Shown: positions 10,358-20,648 of the stretch, in pieces
Layout: each line of letters begins with the position of its first letter
How positions within the stretch are numbered: position 1 is the first letter of the stretch
Source of the DNA: Candidatus Bathyarchaeota archaeon
Lineage (GTDB): Archaea; Thermoproteota; Bathyarchaeia; Bathyarchaeales; Bathycorpusculaceae
Assembly (NCBI GenBank): GCA_963811105.1
Contig: CAWEPZ010000002.1
Location: 32,001 to 96,000, forward strand
DNA: 64,000 nucleotides
Reading direction: 5' to 3'
Program-made: the position numbers and the translations under genes
The notes under the pieces: generated by a model
The model's database searches: none
Told to the model about the DNA's origin: nothing
What the model saw: the letters and a program-made list of their open reading frames with translations, nothing else

Positions 10358-11068
10358 GTGAAGATTAAGACTGCAGTTATATTAGTTGGAGGCGCAGGTT
10401 TGCGCATGCGACCTTTCACCGAAGACATGCCCAAATGCATGGTTCCCCTTAAGGGGAAACCTCTAATACACTGGATAATATCATGGCTGAAAGATTACGG
10501 TTTCAAACACATCGTATTAGGTGTTGCTTACCGAAAAGAGGCAGTCATTAATTATTTAAAGGATAACTCGCAAGGTTTGAAGATAGATTTTAGCGAGCAC
10601 ACAGTTGAAGGAGAAACTGGAGAGGGCTTTCGTCTCGCAATAAGCAGGTTCGTGAAGGATGATGATTTCTTGGCGATGAATGGAGATGAAATCACTAGTT
10701 TGAACTTGGGACGTCTCGAAGAGTTACATTTGATGCATAAACCTTTGGCAACGATTTCTGTTGCGCCGATGCGTTCACCTTTCGGGATACTTGAACTTGA
10801 AGGTGATGATATTGTGTCTTTCAAGGAAAAACCTTTGGTTGAAAACATGTTCGTCAGTATTGGTGTATATATTTTCAACCGGAGAATACTTGATTATATT
10901 CCCGAGAATGGGTCCATCGAAAAAACGGTTTTTCCGTTACTTGCTGAAAAGCGAGTTTTGAAAGCGTGCGTACTCAAGCCTGAGGAGTTATGGTTAACTA
11001 TTAATAGCGTTAAGGACTTATCTGTTGCAGAAAAAGAGTTCGCTGCGTTACGGAGGTCCCAAACATGA
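10358..11068 (+). CDS. Sugar-phosphate nucleotidyltransferase
   Basis: LVGGAGLRMRPFT..PK, NGD, FKEKP motifs. Confidence 0.9.
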   Translation: MKIKTAVILVGGAGLRMRPFTEDMPKCMVPLKGKPLIHWIISWLKDYGFKHIVLGVAYRKEAVINYLKDNSQGLKIDFSEHTVEGETGEGFRLAISRFVKDDDFLAMNGDEITSLNLGRLEELHLMHKPLATISVAPMRSPFGILELEGDDIVSFKEKPLVENMFVSIGVYIFNRRILDYIPENGSIEKTVFPLLAEKRVLKACVLKPEELWLTINSVKDLSVAEKEFAALRRSQT

Positions 11069-12036
11069 CTAGAGCGTTAATAACAGGAATCATGGGTTTT
11101 ATAGGAAGTCACCTAGCGAAGAAACTCGTTGAAGAGAACGTTGAAGTATATGGTCTTGTGCGAAGAGTAGCAAGTCGAAACATGGAAGTTATTCACGATT
11201 TATTGCAAGATATTACTCTAATCTCAGGCGACGTTTCTGACTACGTTTCTATTCTGAATGCGGTCAAGACAGCTAATCCTGACGTGATTTTCCATTTAGC
11301 GGCGTTGTCACCTGTCCGAGATTCGTTTGAGCGCCCTTTTGAATATCAGCAATCTAACTATATTGGAACTATGAACATTGCGCATTCTCTGCTTTCCCTT
11401 CAAGATCCGCAGACGAGAGACTTTATAGCTGCATCAACAGCCGAAGTATATGGGATACAGAAGAACGAACCCTTAAAGGAAAGCTTATCTCTGAATCCAT
11501 CCAGTCCGTATGCAGTCAGCAAAGCTGCGGCCGATCTCTATTTGCGTATGATGTTTAGTTCTTACAATTTGAATGGTACCATATTGCGGCCTACAAACTC
11601 GTACGGTAGGAAATTTGACACAAGTTTCATGGTGGAGTATACCATTACTCAGATGTTAAAGGGCCAGAAAGTGTACGTTGGCTCTCCTGATTCGATAAGA
11701 GACTACATGTACGTCGATGACCACGTGAACGGTTATATGTTATCAATGACGAATGAAAAAGCTAATGGCCAGGTTTACAACGTTGGAACAGGAATTGGCG
11801 TGAGCAACAAGGAGCTTGTAATGATGATCGCTGACAAAATAGGATTTGACAAGAAGAACCTCGTTTTTGGTTCCTATCCTCCTGGCTATCCGTACAGACC
11901 ACTAATTTCCGACCAGTCATCAATAGTTCTGGATGCCACGAAAATAAAAAAAGACTTGGGTTGGAAGCCAACGATTTCGCTAACTGAGGGAATTGACCGA
12001 GTAATCTCTTATTTTCGAAAAAGCGGAAACAAGTAG
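11065..12036 (+). CDS. NAD-dependent NDP-sugar 4,6-dehydratase/epimerase
   Basis: TGIMGFIG, HLAA, STAEVYG, YAVSK SDR motifs. Confidence 0.9.
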   Translation: MTRALITGIMGFIGSHLAKKLVEENVEVYGLVRRVASRNMEVIHDLLQDITLISGDVSDYVSILNAVKTANPDVIFHLAALSPVRDSFERPFEYQQSNYIGTMNIAHSLLSLQDPQTRDFIAASTAEVYGIQKNEPLKESLSLNPSSPYAVSKAAADLYLRMMFSSYNLNGTILRPTNSYGRKFDTSFMVEYTITQMLKGQKVYVGSPDSIRDYMYVDDHVNGYMLSMTNEKANGQVYNVGTGIGVSNKELVMMIADKIGFDKKNLVFGSYPPGYPYRPLISDQSSIVLDATKIKKDLGWKPTISLTEGIDRVISYFRKSGNK

Positions 12037-12312
12037 AGTTAAAAAGGAAAATTAGATTGATGCACAAAAAACTTGGTTGAAGCCAACTTTAGCTAATCGA
12101 AGACTGCTACACGTTTCAAAAAACGGTAGTCGAACATGAAGGTAAACTAAAGCGGTTTCTAAAAATTTTAGTGATTCAAACTGATAGTTAATTAGAAACG
12201 CCTTTATCAGCAGTTCTCGTCTTGTATTCTTCTAAATAATTCCTCAATTATTTAAAGAGACAAATTTATAAGACCAAAGTATTGCTCTAAGCTTAACTGG
12301 AATGCAGACCCT

Positions 12313-13584
12313 ATGAAAGTGGCGCTGATTCACACTCCGCTGGTAGGACGAGGTGGCGGACAAAGGCAAATCCTGAATCTAGCTTTTGAACTTCAAAGAA
12401 TCGGACATGAAGTCGAAATTTTTACAAGTGCAGTTAACAAAGAAAAATGTTACCCAGAATTGATAGAAAAACTCACGATAAACGTTATTTCGCATCCATT
12501 AGGAAATGAGATGCCCAAATGGTTTATTCCTTCTGAGATCCAGCAAAAAGCGAACTATACTGAACCTGCAGAATCCTCTTCTTTACGGAGTTGGATGCGA
12601 AAAGCCATGGGACGACAATTTTACACAATTCCGTACGACTTCCCATCCATGCTTAACATAGGCAGAAAAATACCTAAAGGTTTTGACATAATCAATAACC
12701 ATAATTTTCCATCTGAATGGGCAGCTTTTTTCGCGAAAAAAAGACTAAATGCCCCAGTTGTTTGGATGTGTAATGAACCGCCAGATTGGTTTTTCGCTTC
12801 CGAATCTCGAAAAGGCTTGCGCAAAATTAATTGGCCAATTTATGAAATGCTGGACAAAACGGTCTCAAAGTACATCGATGAGATTTTAGTTCTATCGAAA
12901 ATTGCTCAGGGGCATGTAGATAAAGCTTACCACAGATCATCGAGGATTGTGAGAAGTGGTGTAGATGTTGAACTTTTTCATAACGCTTCAGGAACCGATA
13001 TCAGAGAGAAATACGGACTGGGTAAAGACTTTGTTTTGCTACAGGTCGGGAATTTTCAACTCAGTAAGGGGCAAACTGATTCCATAAGGACACTTTATCA
13101 TCTTTCTAAGAATTATGATCAAATCAAGCTGATACTTGACGGTGGCGGTCGAAAAGAAGAGTTAGTAAGATTAAGCGAAAGACTTGGGGTAAGAAACAAA
13201 GTGTTATTTCTACACAGTAACGATGACGAAGAGCTCGCAAAGGTTTACGCTGCTTGTGACGTTTTTCTTTTTCCACAACAAATAACCTGGGGTTTAGCGT
13301 TGATCGAGGCAATGTCTGCTTCAAAACCTGTTATAGTCTCCAATAAATGTGGAGGTTCAGAAATTATTCAATCCAACGTGAATGGTATAGTTTTTGACCA
13401 AGCAAAACCAGAAGAGATAACAAAACAAGTAGAACTGTTAATTAACAATACCCACTTACGCAAAAAACTTGGGGAACATGCCTATGAATATGTTAAAAGC
13501 AATCTATCATGGGAAAAATACGCGAGGACGATGGAAACAATCTTTGAAGAGGCCCTCTTGAACTTTAACAAAAAGAAGCGATAA
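12313..13584 (+). CDS. Glycosyltransferase family 4
   Basis: GRGGGQR N-terminal loop; YAACDVFLFP...WGLALIEAM. Confidence 0.9.
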   Translation: MKVALIHTPLVGRGGGQRQILNLAFELQRIGHEVEIFTSAVNKEKCYPELIEKLTINVISHPLGNEMPKWFIPSEIQQKANYTEPAESSSLRSWMRKAMGRQFYTIPYDFPSMLNIGRKIPKGFDIINNHNFPSEWAAFFAKKRLNAPVVWMCNEPPDWFFASESRKGLRKINWPIYEMLDKTVSKYIDEILVLSKIAQGHVDKAYHRSSRIVRSGVDVELFHNASGTDIREKYGLGKDFVLLQVGNFQLSKGQTDSIRTLYHLSKNYDQIKLILDGGGRKEELVRLSERLGVRNKVLFLHSNDDEELAKVYAACDVFLFPQQITWGLALIEAMSASKPVIVSNKCGGSEIIQSNVNGIVFDQAKPEEITKQVELLINNTHLRKKLGEHAYEYVKSNLSWEKYARTMETIFEEALLNFNKKKR

Positions 13585-13700
13585 GCGACTAGCGCTATGC
13601 GACTTAATTTTTGAAATGTATTCGTTGTTGTTTTTGCCTGATTATATAAATAGCGAATCTTCTTTAGGGATAACAGTTGAAGTCATATCTTGGGAATGGC

Positions 13701-14603
13701 ATGATTGACAAAGTTGATTTAGTGATGTGGACTAAGAACGGTGCCCAAACCCTCCCTGCAGTCCTGCAACGGATAAATGAAGTAATTCCTCAAGAATTTG
13801 TTTATAAGAAAATTGTGGTGGACGATGGAAGCAGTGACGGTACCCAGAATATCGCCTCTTCTTTTGGCTGGACGGTTATTCCAAACAAAGGCCATGGTAT
13901 AAGCAATGGTGCTAACACAGCCCTAGAAGCAGTGACATCGGACTTTTTCATAAGCTTCGAACAAGACCTATTATTAGCTCCAGAGTGGTGGCAGAAAATT
14001 CCTTCACTCGTTGAAAACTCCAACGTTGCAGTTGCATCTGGAATGCGTTTTGCAGATAAGCCAATTGGGATTAAAAAAATGCAGCAGTACGTAGCGAAGA
14101 AATATCGTGGAGAAGCAAACTTAGCTTCTTGGCTTAAGTCTAGGGATATGTCGGCTTTTACTTTAGGTAAAACATTAGACAATACGATTTACAAAGCAAA
14201 AATAATCCGACAACTCGGGGGGTTTCCAACATTGCGAGTAACCGCTGGTGTCGATACCACTTTAGCATACAAAATTAATCATGCTGGTTACAAATGGGTT
14301 GTTGATTATACTATGCAATCTGTCCATGTTAGAAAGGGGTTAAGGCAAGAACTGGATCATCAATATTGGTATGGAGCGCAATTATACGAGATTTGGAGAA
14401 AAATACTAGCGGAAACAGATATACCCCCGCCTGTAACTAGAAGTGGAGTTATCCGTCGTTTCGTTATGTCTCCATTTACTGGATTGTTTCTGGCATTCCA
14501 AACTAGGGAACCGACAGTTCTATACATTCATCCTTTAATTAGATTTTACTACATGAAAGGACTTCTACATGCTTCGAAAGTTCAAGAATCAGGTAACAGC
14601 TGA
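13701..14603 (+). CDS. Glycosyltransferase family 2
   Basis: VVDDGSSDGT, N-terminal GT-A fold, EQD (DxD-like). Confidence 0.85.
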   Translation: MIDKVDLVMWTKNGAQTLPAVLQRINEVIPQEFVYKKIVVDDGSSDGTQNIASSFGWTVIPNKGHGISNGANTALEAVTSDFFISFEQDLLLAPEWWQKIPSLVENSNVAVASGMRFADKPIGIKKMQQYVAKKYRGEANLASWLKSRDMSAFTLGKTLDNTIYKAKIIRQLGGFPTLRVTAGVDTTLAYKINHAGYKWVVDYTMQSVHVRKGLRQELDHQYWYGAQLYEIWRKILAETDIPPPVTRSGVIRRFVMSPFTGLFLAFQTREPTVLYIHPLIRFYYMKGLLHASKVQESGNS

Positions 14604-14680
14604 GCAATGCCTTCCCTGAATGGTTAAATTAGTAAACCCGTGTATGAAGTAAATTGTAACTGCACGGAGATTCACAGCGA

Positions 14681-16186
14681 TTGGCGAATGAGAGAGAAAT
14701 AATAAAGCTACGGTTAGATGTGGATTACCCTTATCCATCGAGGGCTAAGAGTTTTCTGTACTTAGCCTTAGGAATTAAGAAAAAAAGCAAAGATTACTTG
14801 AAGAATGCCAGAATTATAGCGAAGATGATTAATGAATCGCCAAAAGAAGTTATAGCTTACTGGTTTTTTACGCCCTACACAATTCCAGATAAAAGAACTC
14901 TCGATTTACTGAATCAAGAAAGGCATGAGGTCGCTCTGCACGTTGCAACCAATCCCTATCAAGAATGGAAAATTCTTGAAAACGTAACCGAACGAACCAT
15001 AAGATACTATACAATTCATGGAACATCACGGGTAATTGCCCAGCTATTATGGGGACGAAAGATTGGCGAAAAGCAAACGAAGATTCCCACAGATTTCCCT
15101 TTAGAATCCTTCCATGATTTTAGGACTTATAGTTTAGATGCTGGGCGTTATACGTTAGGCTTGGAGCATATGAAGACGGAATTAGAAAAATTGACTAAGG
15201 AAAATACTGTGTTAGAAGTTCATCCTGAATGGCTCTTTAATAAGGGAAAAATAAACCCGAGAGGACCATATTATGACGTTCTAAAATACTTGTTAGATGT
15301 GGACCATGACCTTGAAACTTTGCAGCTAAAAAAGAAAATATCAATCAAAATAGCTCATGATATCAAAGAATATGAAAAAGATATTGTTCCCTCAAAGGCA
15401 TTCATTGAGAAGCTGCTTGAAAGAGATATAGACATTTTTACTTTTCTGGAAAGAAAATGGTGCTGCCCAATATCTAAACCGCCAACCTCATGGATAAAAA
15501 CAGAAGACAATATTGGCTTATTGGAAATAAAGGATTATCCGACTTGGTGGAGTAGTGTTGGAAAGAAAACTCGCAATATGGTTCGCCTGGCCGGGAAAAA
15601 CGGTTTAGAAGTGATTGTAGTCCAACCGAGCGAGAAGTTCGCAGAAGGTGTCTGGAAAATTTACAATGAAACCCCAATAAGGCAAGAGCGAGCTTTCCCT
15701 CACTATGGTGAGCCGCTTGAAGCAGTCACAAGAAATGTGATTAGCGCTCAAAAATCGACATTTATCGGCGGATTTTTGCAGAAAGAGCTTGTGGGATTTA
15801 TCCAGATAGTCCATGGTGACAACATTGCTATTATTGCTCAGATACTTTCAATGCAAAAACATTGGAATAAAGCTGTAAATAACGCGCTCCTCGCAAAAGC
15901 CGTTGAAGTTTGTGCTTTCAAAGGGGAACGGTGGCTTATGTATGGGCGAATGGGAAATCACCCTTCACTTGACAAGTTTAAGGAAAGTAGTGGGTTTGCT
16001 AAATTCCCGATTACCCGTTACTATATCACTATAACAGGGAAAGGAAAAGTAGCTACTCGATTGGGATTGCATGTGGATTTTAAAGATGCTTTGCCGCATT
16101 CTATTAAGTATCCGCTTATTCCAGTTAATAATTGGATTAGTAGGAATAGGCTTCGAATTAAACGCGTTTATGAAACCAATAAATAA
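14681..16186 (+). CDS. Fusion of polysaccharide deacetylase-like domain and GNAT/FemAB-like acyltransferase domain
   Basis: N-half RLDVD, HEVALH, TIHG, VHPEW; C-half KKTRNMVRLA, LVGF, SLDKFKESSGF. Confidence 0.6.
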   Translation: MANEREIIKLRLDVDYPYPSRAKSFLYLALGIKKKSKDYLKNARIIAKMINESPKEVIAYWFFTPYTIPDKRTLDLLNQERHEVALHVATNPYQEWKILENVTERTIRYYTIHGTSRVIAQLLWGRKIGEKQTKIPTDFPLESFHDFRTYSLDAGRYTLGLEHMKTELEKLTKENTVLEVHPEWLFNKGKINPRGPYYDVLKYLLDVDHDLETLQLKKKISIKIAHDIKEYEKDIVPSKAFIEKLLERDIDIFTFLERKWCCPISKPPTSWIKTEDNIGLLEIKDYPTWWSSVGKKTRNMVRLAGKNGLEVIVVQPSEKFAEGVWKIYNETPIRQERAFPHYGEPLEAVTRNVISAQKSTFIGGFLQKELVGFIQIVHGDNIAIIAQILSMQKHWNKAVNNALLAKAVEVCAFKGERWLMYGRMGNHPSLDKFKESSGFAKFPITRYYITITGKGKVATRLGLHVDFKDALPHSIKYPLIPVNNWISRNRLRIKRVYETNK

Positions 16187-16495
16187 TATCTTTCAAGCTT
16201 TTCTAAACTTACTATTTTACTGTAACTATTGACTTATGGAAACCCAATATTTTCATTAAAAAGTATTTTGAAATAACTTTAAATCAAGGTATGGCTTATT
16301 GAACCTTAATAATTGTACCCGAGAGACTGAGTGTTAACTTAAATGGGAATGGGGGACTTCCACTTACTGAAATTGAAACGGTTGTTCATGGCGATTCAAA
16401 TGTTGGCTAATTACAAAAAAGCTCGCTTTATTCTAAGGGCTATGTTTGTTTCTTTTCAGACTTCTCTTGAAGTTGAAAACAAAAAAGGTTTCTTC

Positions 16496-17881
16496 ATGCA
16501 GAATCATTGGCGATTTAACAGGAAGACAAAAGGTCTGATGGTCTTTGCAATTATAACCGTTATTTTGGTCTCCATTTTTGCTTTCTTACCAAAACAAAGC
16601 GAAAGCAGAGCTATTGTAAAACAACCCAGCGGTGATTTAACCGCTTCTCCATCAGGAATCCACAGCGATATCAACAATAAAACTAGCAGCTCTAACATAC
16701 TTGCAAGTTTAACTCAAGCTATAGAAAAAGTAATTGCGCCAACTCCTGAGCCTAAGCCTCCCGGCGTGATAGCATCAGCTGAAACCATCAATAGTACTGT
16801 CTGGCTTGAAGTGGCAGCGAATGCTTGGAAATATTTCCAACCAGGTGTGGGTGTAGATCCAACAATGGGGCTTCCTTATTCAAATTCTCCAGTTTTCACT
16901 GATTGGGATTTAGGAGTTTATATTCAAGCTGTTATAGATGCGCGAAAAATAGGTTTGATAGACAATGATGGCGCTTGGGGGTTTAATGCCAGAATAGATA
17001 AGGTTCTAACATTTTTGGAAACGCGAAAGCTTAATGTCACAACTAACTATCCTTACTGGTTCTACCAAGCAACGGACGGAGAAGACTATCATGAGCTGTC
17101 AGATTTGGCTACCACCCCTTATGATGGCGTTGACACTGGACGATTATTTGTTGCTCTTAATAATGTTAGAGTTTATAATTCCAGTTGGGCATTGCGTATA
17201 AATAATTTCGTTTACAACGTTTATGGTAACAGATCCAATTATGACGCTATCATACCTAATATTAAGAGTGATACCCTTACCTCAACCGATATTTATGCTT
17301 ACTATATCTACAGTGGGTTTGCTAGTTTTTGGCCTAGTAACCTTACTAATGTTCAAAGTACAATTCTTAATAATATTTTTTCAGCTGGTAATGTTTCAAC
17401 TCCTGAAGGTGTTTTGTTGCCTAAGGCTGGATTAATAGGTGATCCACTGTTTTGCTCAGTTTTTGAACTTAATAGTACAGATTCTAGATTGATGACTTTA
17501 GCTTATCAAGTTTATTTGGCTCATGAGGCATATTATAATGACACAGAACAATATCGAGCTTTCAGTGAAGGCCCCTCTATGTCAGGCGGTTGGGAGTATG
17601 AATGGGTGGTTTTGCCTGATGGTCGAACTTGGACTATAGATGAACATAATTCAAATACGTCTCCCATGATTTATTCAAAAATAGCATTGAGCTTTCTTGC
17701 CATTTATAATACAACGTTCGCCAAGAACATGTCTATTTATCTTGAGAATACTCTTCCAGAGCCTTCAAGCGGATATTGTGAGGGGGTTGATGAATCTGGA
17801 CAACTACTTGAAAGGGCTGCAAGCAATACAAACAGTTTAATTTTAGATGCTGCACTCTACGCTATACAAAATAATACATAA
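16496..17881 (+). CDS. Membrane-anchored DUF3131-family (six-hairpin glycosidase-like) protein
   Basis: N-terminal TM helix, S/P-rich linker, AWKYFQ, TDWDLGVY, DTGRL, FSEG motifs, many N-x-S/T sequons. Confidence 0.65.
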   Translation: MQNHWRFNRKTKGLMVFAIITVILVSIFAFLPKQSESRAIVKQPSGDLTASPSGIHSDINNKTSSSNILASLTQAIEKVIAPTPEPKPPGVIASAETINSTVWLEVAANAWKYFQPGVGVDPTMGLPYSNSPVFTDWDLGVYIQAVIDARKIGLIDNDGAWGFNARIDKVLTFLETRKLNVTTNYPYWFYQATDGEDYHELSDLATTPYDGVDTGRLFVALNNVRVYNSSWALRINNFVYNVYGNRSNYDAIIPNIKSDTLTSTDIYAYYIYSGFASFWPSNLTNVQSTILNNIFSAGNVSTPEGVLLPKAGLIGDPLFCSVFELNSTDSRLMTLAYQVYLAHEAYYNDTEQYRAFSEGPSMSGGWEYEWVVLPDGRTWTIDEHNSNTSPMIYSKIALSFLAIYNTTFAKNMSIYLENTLPEPSSGYCEGVDESGQLLERAASNTNSLILDAALYAIQNNT

Positions 17882-18046
17882 AAAGTATTTAGTTGATCTT
17901 GGGTTTTCTATTGATAAAGTCTGGCGATTTTAAAGACCTTCAACTGTTGCTCTTTCCATTTTTCTCAGACTTTAGAGTATTTATTTAACTGTTGCAAATA
18001 CCATTCAAGCCTACTTATTTGACTATTAACTTCACACTTAAATGTC

Positions 18047-18973
18047 CTATAGGTCTTTTATATTATCAAAGACTTCCTCTCGTAAGTGATACCTTTTATT
18101 ACTTGAATCTGAAAGTAAGCTTTTCATAAGTTTTGGATGATCTTCCCAGTCAACTGTTCCTAGAGCGTCGGGATAGTGAAAACCCAACTCTTTTCTGCGT
18201 ATCTCGGCTGCTTTTTTCCAAAATAGTACAGGCTCATCTATATGCTTGTTGAGAATCCACATGTCTTTTCTCAGCTCCTGAAGACCAAACATTTCTGCGT
18301 GTTTCTCACACTTCTCCAAATAATCGATTGGAAAAAGAGACCAATACCTGAAAATGGGCTTAGGAAGATAAACAGCCCTCGAAAGGGAATTTACACAAGA
18401 ATTGGCATAACTCCATTCAACGCCTTTGTTAATGTACTGTCTGAGCCTTTTTGGATGCCACAACCCCTTAATCGCTTGTGAATTTGTAAATGATCCGCTT
18501 AAACCAAGCGTCCACGCGTCACCAACAGCTATAATTTCTTTTAAGTTCTTGGCAAACCTTAAACGAAAATCTTCATAGAATTTGTTGTCTTTTACAAAGT
18601 GGAAAAAAGGCAAACTGTAAGAGTAAACGTCGGGGCATATCTCGGATAATGCTTTAATAAATTCTATGCTTCTTTCATGGACAATTTCGTTTGCTTGGAT
18701 AGAAAAAATATAATCATAGCTGCATTTTGCTCTAATATTGTTAGTTACCTCTGCTATAACACTATATTTTTTGATTTTAGGCCATTCTTGTCTGAAGAGC
18801 TTAACTTTTTTGTTTAATTTTGAAATTCTTTCTACGACTTCAAAAGTGCCATCTGTTGAGTACCCTTCAGAAATTAGGAATTCATCGCATATCGGTAAAC
18901 TGGCGGCTATTGCTTCCAAGAATGGGTACCCAGTTTTCAGGACGTTTTTCAGCACCATAAAACAGGAGATCAT
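18047..18973 (-). CDS. Glycosyltransferase family 2-like protein
   Basis: YPFLEAIAASLPICDEFLISEGYSTDGT; QANE in the DxD position. Confidence 0.75.
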   Translation of the reverse strand: MISCFMVLKNVLKTGYPFLEAIAASLPICDEFLISEGYSTDGTFEVVERISKLNKKVKLFRQEWPKIKKYSVIAEVTNNIRAKCSYDYIFSIQANEIVHERSIEFIKALSEICPDVYSYSLPFFHFVKDNKFYEDFRLRFAKNLKEIIAVGDAWTLGLSGSFTNSQAIKGLWHPKRLRQYINKGVEWSYANSCVNSLSRAVYLPKPIFRYWSLFPIDYLEKCEKHAEMFGLQELRKDMWILNKHIDEPVLFWKKAAEIRRKELGFHYPDALGTVDWEDHPKLMKSLLSDSSNKRYHLREEVFDNIKDL

Positions 18974-19144
18974 GAATTTTCACTGAAAAAGGTTCAAAGC
19001 CGCTACTTATTAATTTACTTGTAGGTATAATCGTTGTTACAAAGGTTATACATTTCAATTTGTAATTTAGGCAATTAAATGAGAGGCAATTAAATGAGAC
19101 TCGGAACAACGCTAAATTATGAAAGTCAAGTTGTATGATGTCTT

Positions 19145-19414
19145 TCAAAGTAGTAGGTCGGCAAGTAAATTATTGAGTTCTTGCCTACTCTTTACGCTTC
19201 GGAAAATCGCTTTCCCACTTGTATAGAGGCGGAAGGATGTGTCTTCGAAAGTTAATTCAAAAATTATGCCTGCAATCTTATTCTTAATTTGTGCTTTTTT
19301 TAAGATGTTTGTTATGGCCTCGTCTTTCTTATCATACTTGAAAAACACTATGACGTCTTTTTCTGCTCCGCATGTTCCTTCAATTCTGGCAACATAATCT
19401 TCAACTGAAGACAT
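19145..19414 (-). CDS. Small single-Cys protein resembling a MoeB/ThiF C-terminal (TBP-like) domain
   Basis: EGTCG and FRLYTSGKAIF motifs; start overlaps sufS stop (TAATG). Confidence 0.55.
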   Translation of the reverse strand: MSSVEDYVARIEGTCGAEKDVIVFFKYDKKDEAITNILKKAQIKNKIAGIIFELTFEDTSFRLYTSGKAIFRSVKSRQELNNLLADLLL

Positions 19415-20646
19415 TAGAGCGTTTCAATCTCCTTAAGAACCTCAACGAAACGCTCAATTTCTTCTTTTGTGTTATAAATGTAGAAGCTTGCTCGGTCAGA
19501 GGATTGGAGCTTGAGTACTTGTTGGTGGAGAGGCTGTGCACAATGGTAACCACTGCGTATCATTATACCGTAGTTATCGCAAATGAGTGCAACATCGTGT
19601 GATGACAAGCCTTTAAAAGTGAAGGGTACTATGCCGCATTTTTTAGAGAGGTCACTTGGTCCATAAAGGATTATATTGCTGCATTCCTGCATCCGCTTAA
19701 CTGCGTACATAGTTAACTCTTTTTCATGGCTGAAAACTTCTTCCATACCTAGAGCTTCAAGATACTTGACAGCTTCAGCTAAGCCAATGGCACCCTCCAT
19801 GTTAGGTGTGCCTGCTTCAAACTTCCACGGCGGCTCGTTCCACATTATGCTGCAACTTTTGCCAATGCTGAACTCAACTTCTCTAATCATTTCGCCTCCA
19901 CCTTGGAAAGGCGGCATTTCATCAAGCAGTTCTCGTCTGCAATACAGCCCCCCGATTCCTGTAGGACCCAACATTTTATGGCCCGAAAAAGCAAGAAAGT
20001 CTGCGTCTAGATCCTGAACATCGATAGCCATATGTGGCACGGATTGTGCTCCGTCAACAAGCATTAAAGCACCATTGTCATGAGCAACTTTGCCGATACG
20101 TTTAACATCATTAATTACGCCTGTAACGTTTGACACATGGCTTAAACAGGCAATCTTTGTTTTGTTGCAAAATTTGCTTTCAAAATCGTCATAATTCAAT
20201 GTGCCGTCGGCATTTACTTTAGTATATTGAATGGTGAAGCCCTTTAGTTTTGAGGTGATTTCCCAAGGAACAATGTTGCTGTGATGCTCCATTAGTGAAA
20301 CCAGAACCTCATCACCTTTGGCTAGGTTTTTTAGTCCCCAAGAATAAGCCACTAAGTTTATGGCTTCAGTTGTTCCTCTTACAAAAACCAGTTCGGAGGG
20401 ATCTTTTGCATTGACGAATTTTGCGATTTTTTCCCTTGATTTCTCATAGATGTCAGTTGCTTCAAGCGATAAGGTGTGGACTGCTCGGTGAACGTTGCCG
20501 TTGTGGTTTTCGTAAAAATCGCTTATGGCATCGATTACTTGGCGGGGTTTCTGTGTGGTTGCCGCATTGTCAAAGTAGATTAGGGGGTAGTTGTTTATTT
20601 GCCGTTTCAGTATTGGAAAGTCTTGCCTTATCGATTGTACGTCCAC
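19414..20646 (-). CDS. sufS: Cysteine desulfurase, class II (SufS)
   Basis: DNAATTQKP, EHHSN, DGAQ, SGHKMLGP, EAGTP, RSGYHCAQ. Confidence 0.93.
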   Translation of the reverse strand: MDVQSIRQDFPILKRQINNYPLIYFDNAATTQKPRQVIDAISDFYENHNGNVHRAVHTLSLEATDIYEKSREKIAKFVNAKDPSELVFVRGTTEAINLVAYSWGLKNLAKGDEVLVSLMEHHSNIVPWEITSKLKGFTIQYTKVNADGTLNYDDFESKFCNKTKIACLSHVSNVTGVINDVKRIGKVAHDNGALMLVDGAQSVPHMAIDVQDLDADFLAFSGHKMLGPTGIGGLYCRRELLDEMPPFQGGGEMIREVEFSIGKSCSIMWNEPPWKFEAGTPNMEGAIGLAEAVKYLEALGMEEVFSHEKELTMYAVKRMQECSNIILYGPSDLSKKCGIVPFTFKGLSSHDVALICDNYGIMIRSGYHCAQPLHQQVLKLQSSDRASFYIYNTKEEIERFVEVLKEIETL

Positions 20647-20648
20647 GA

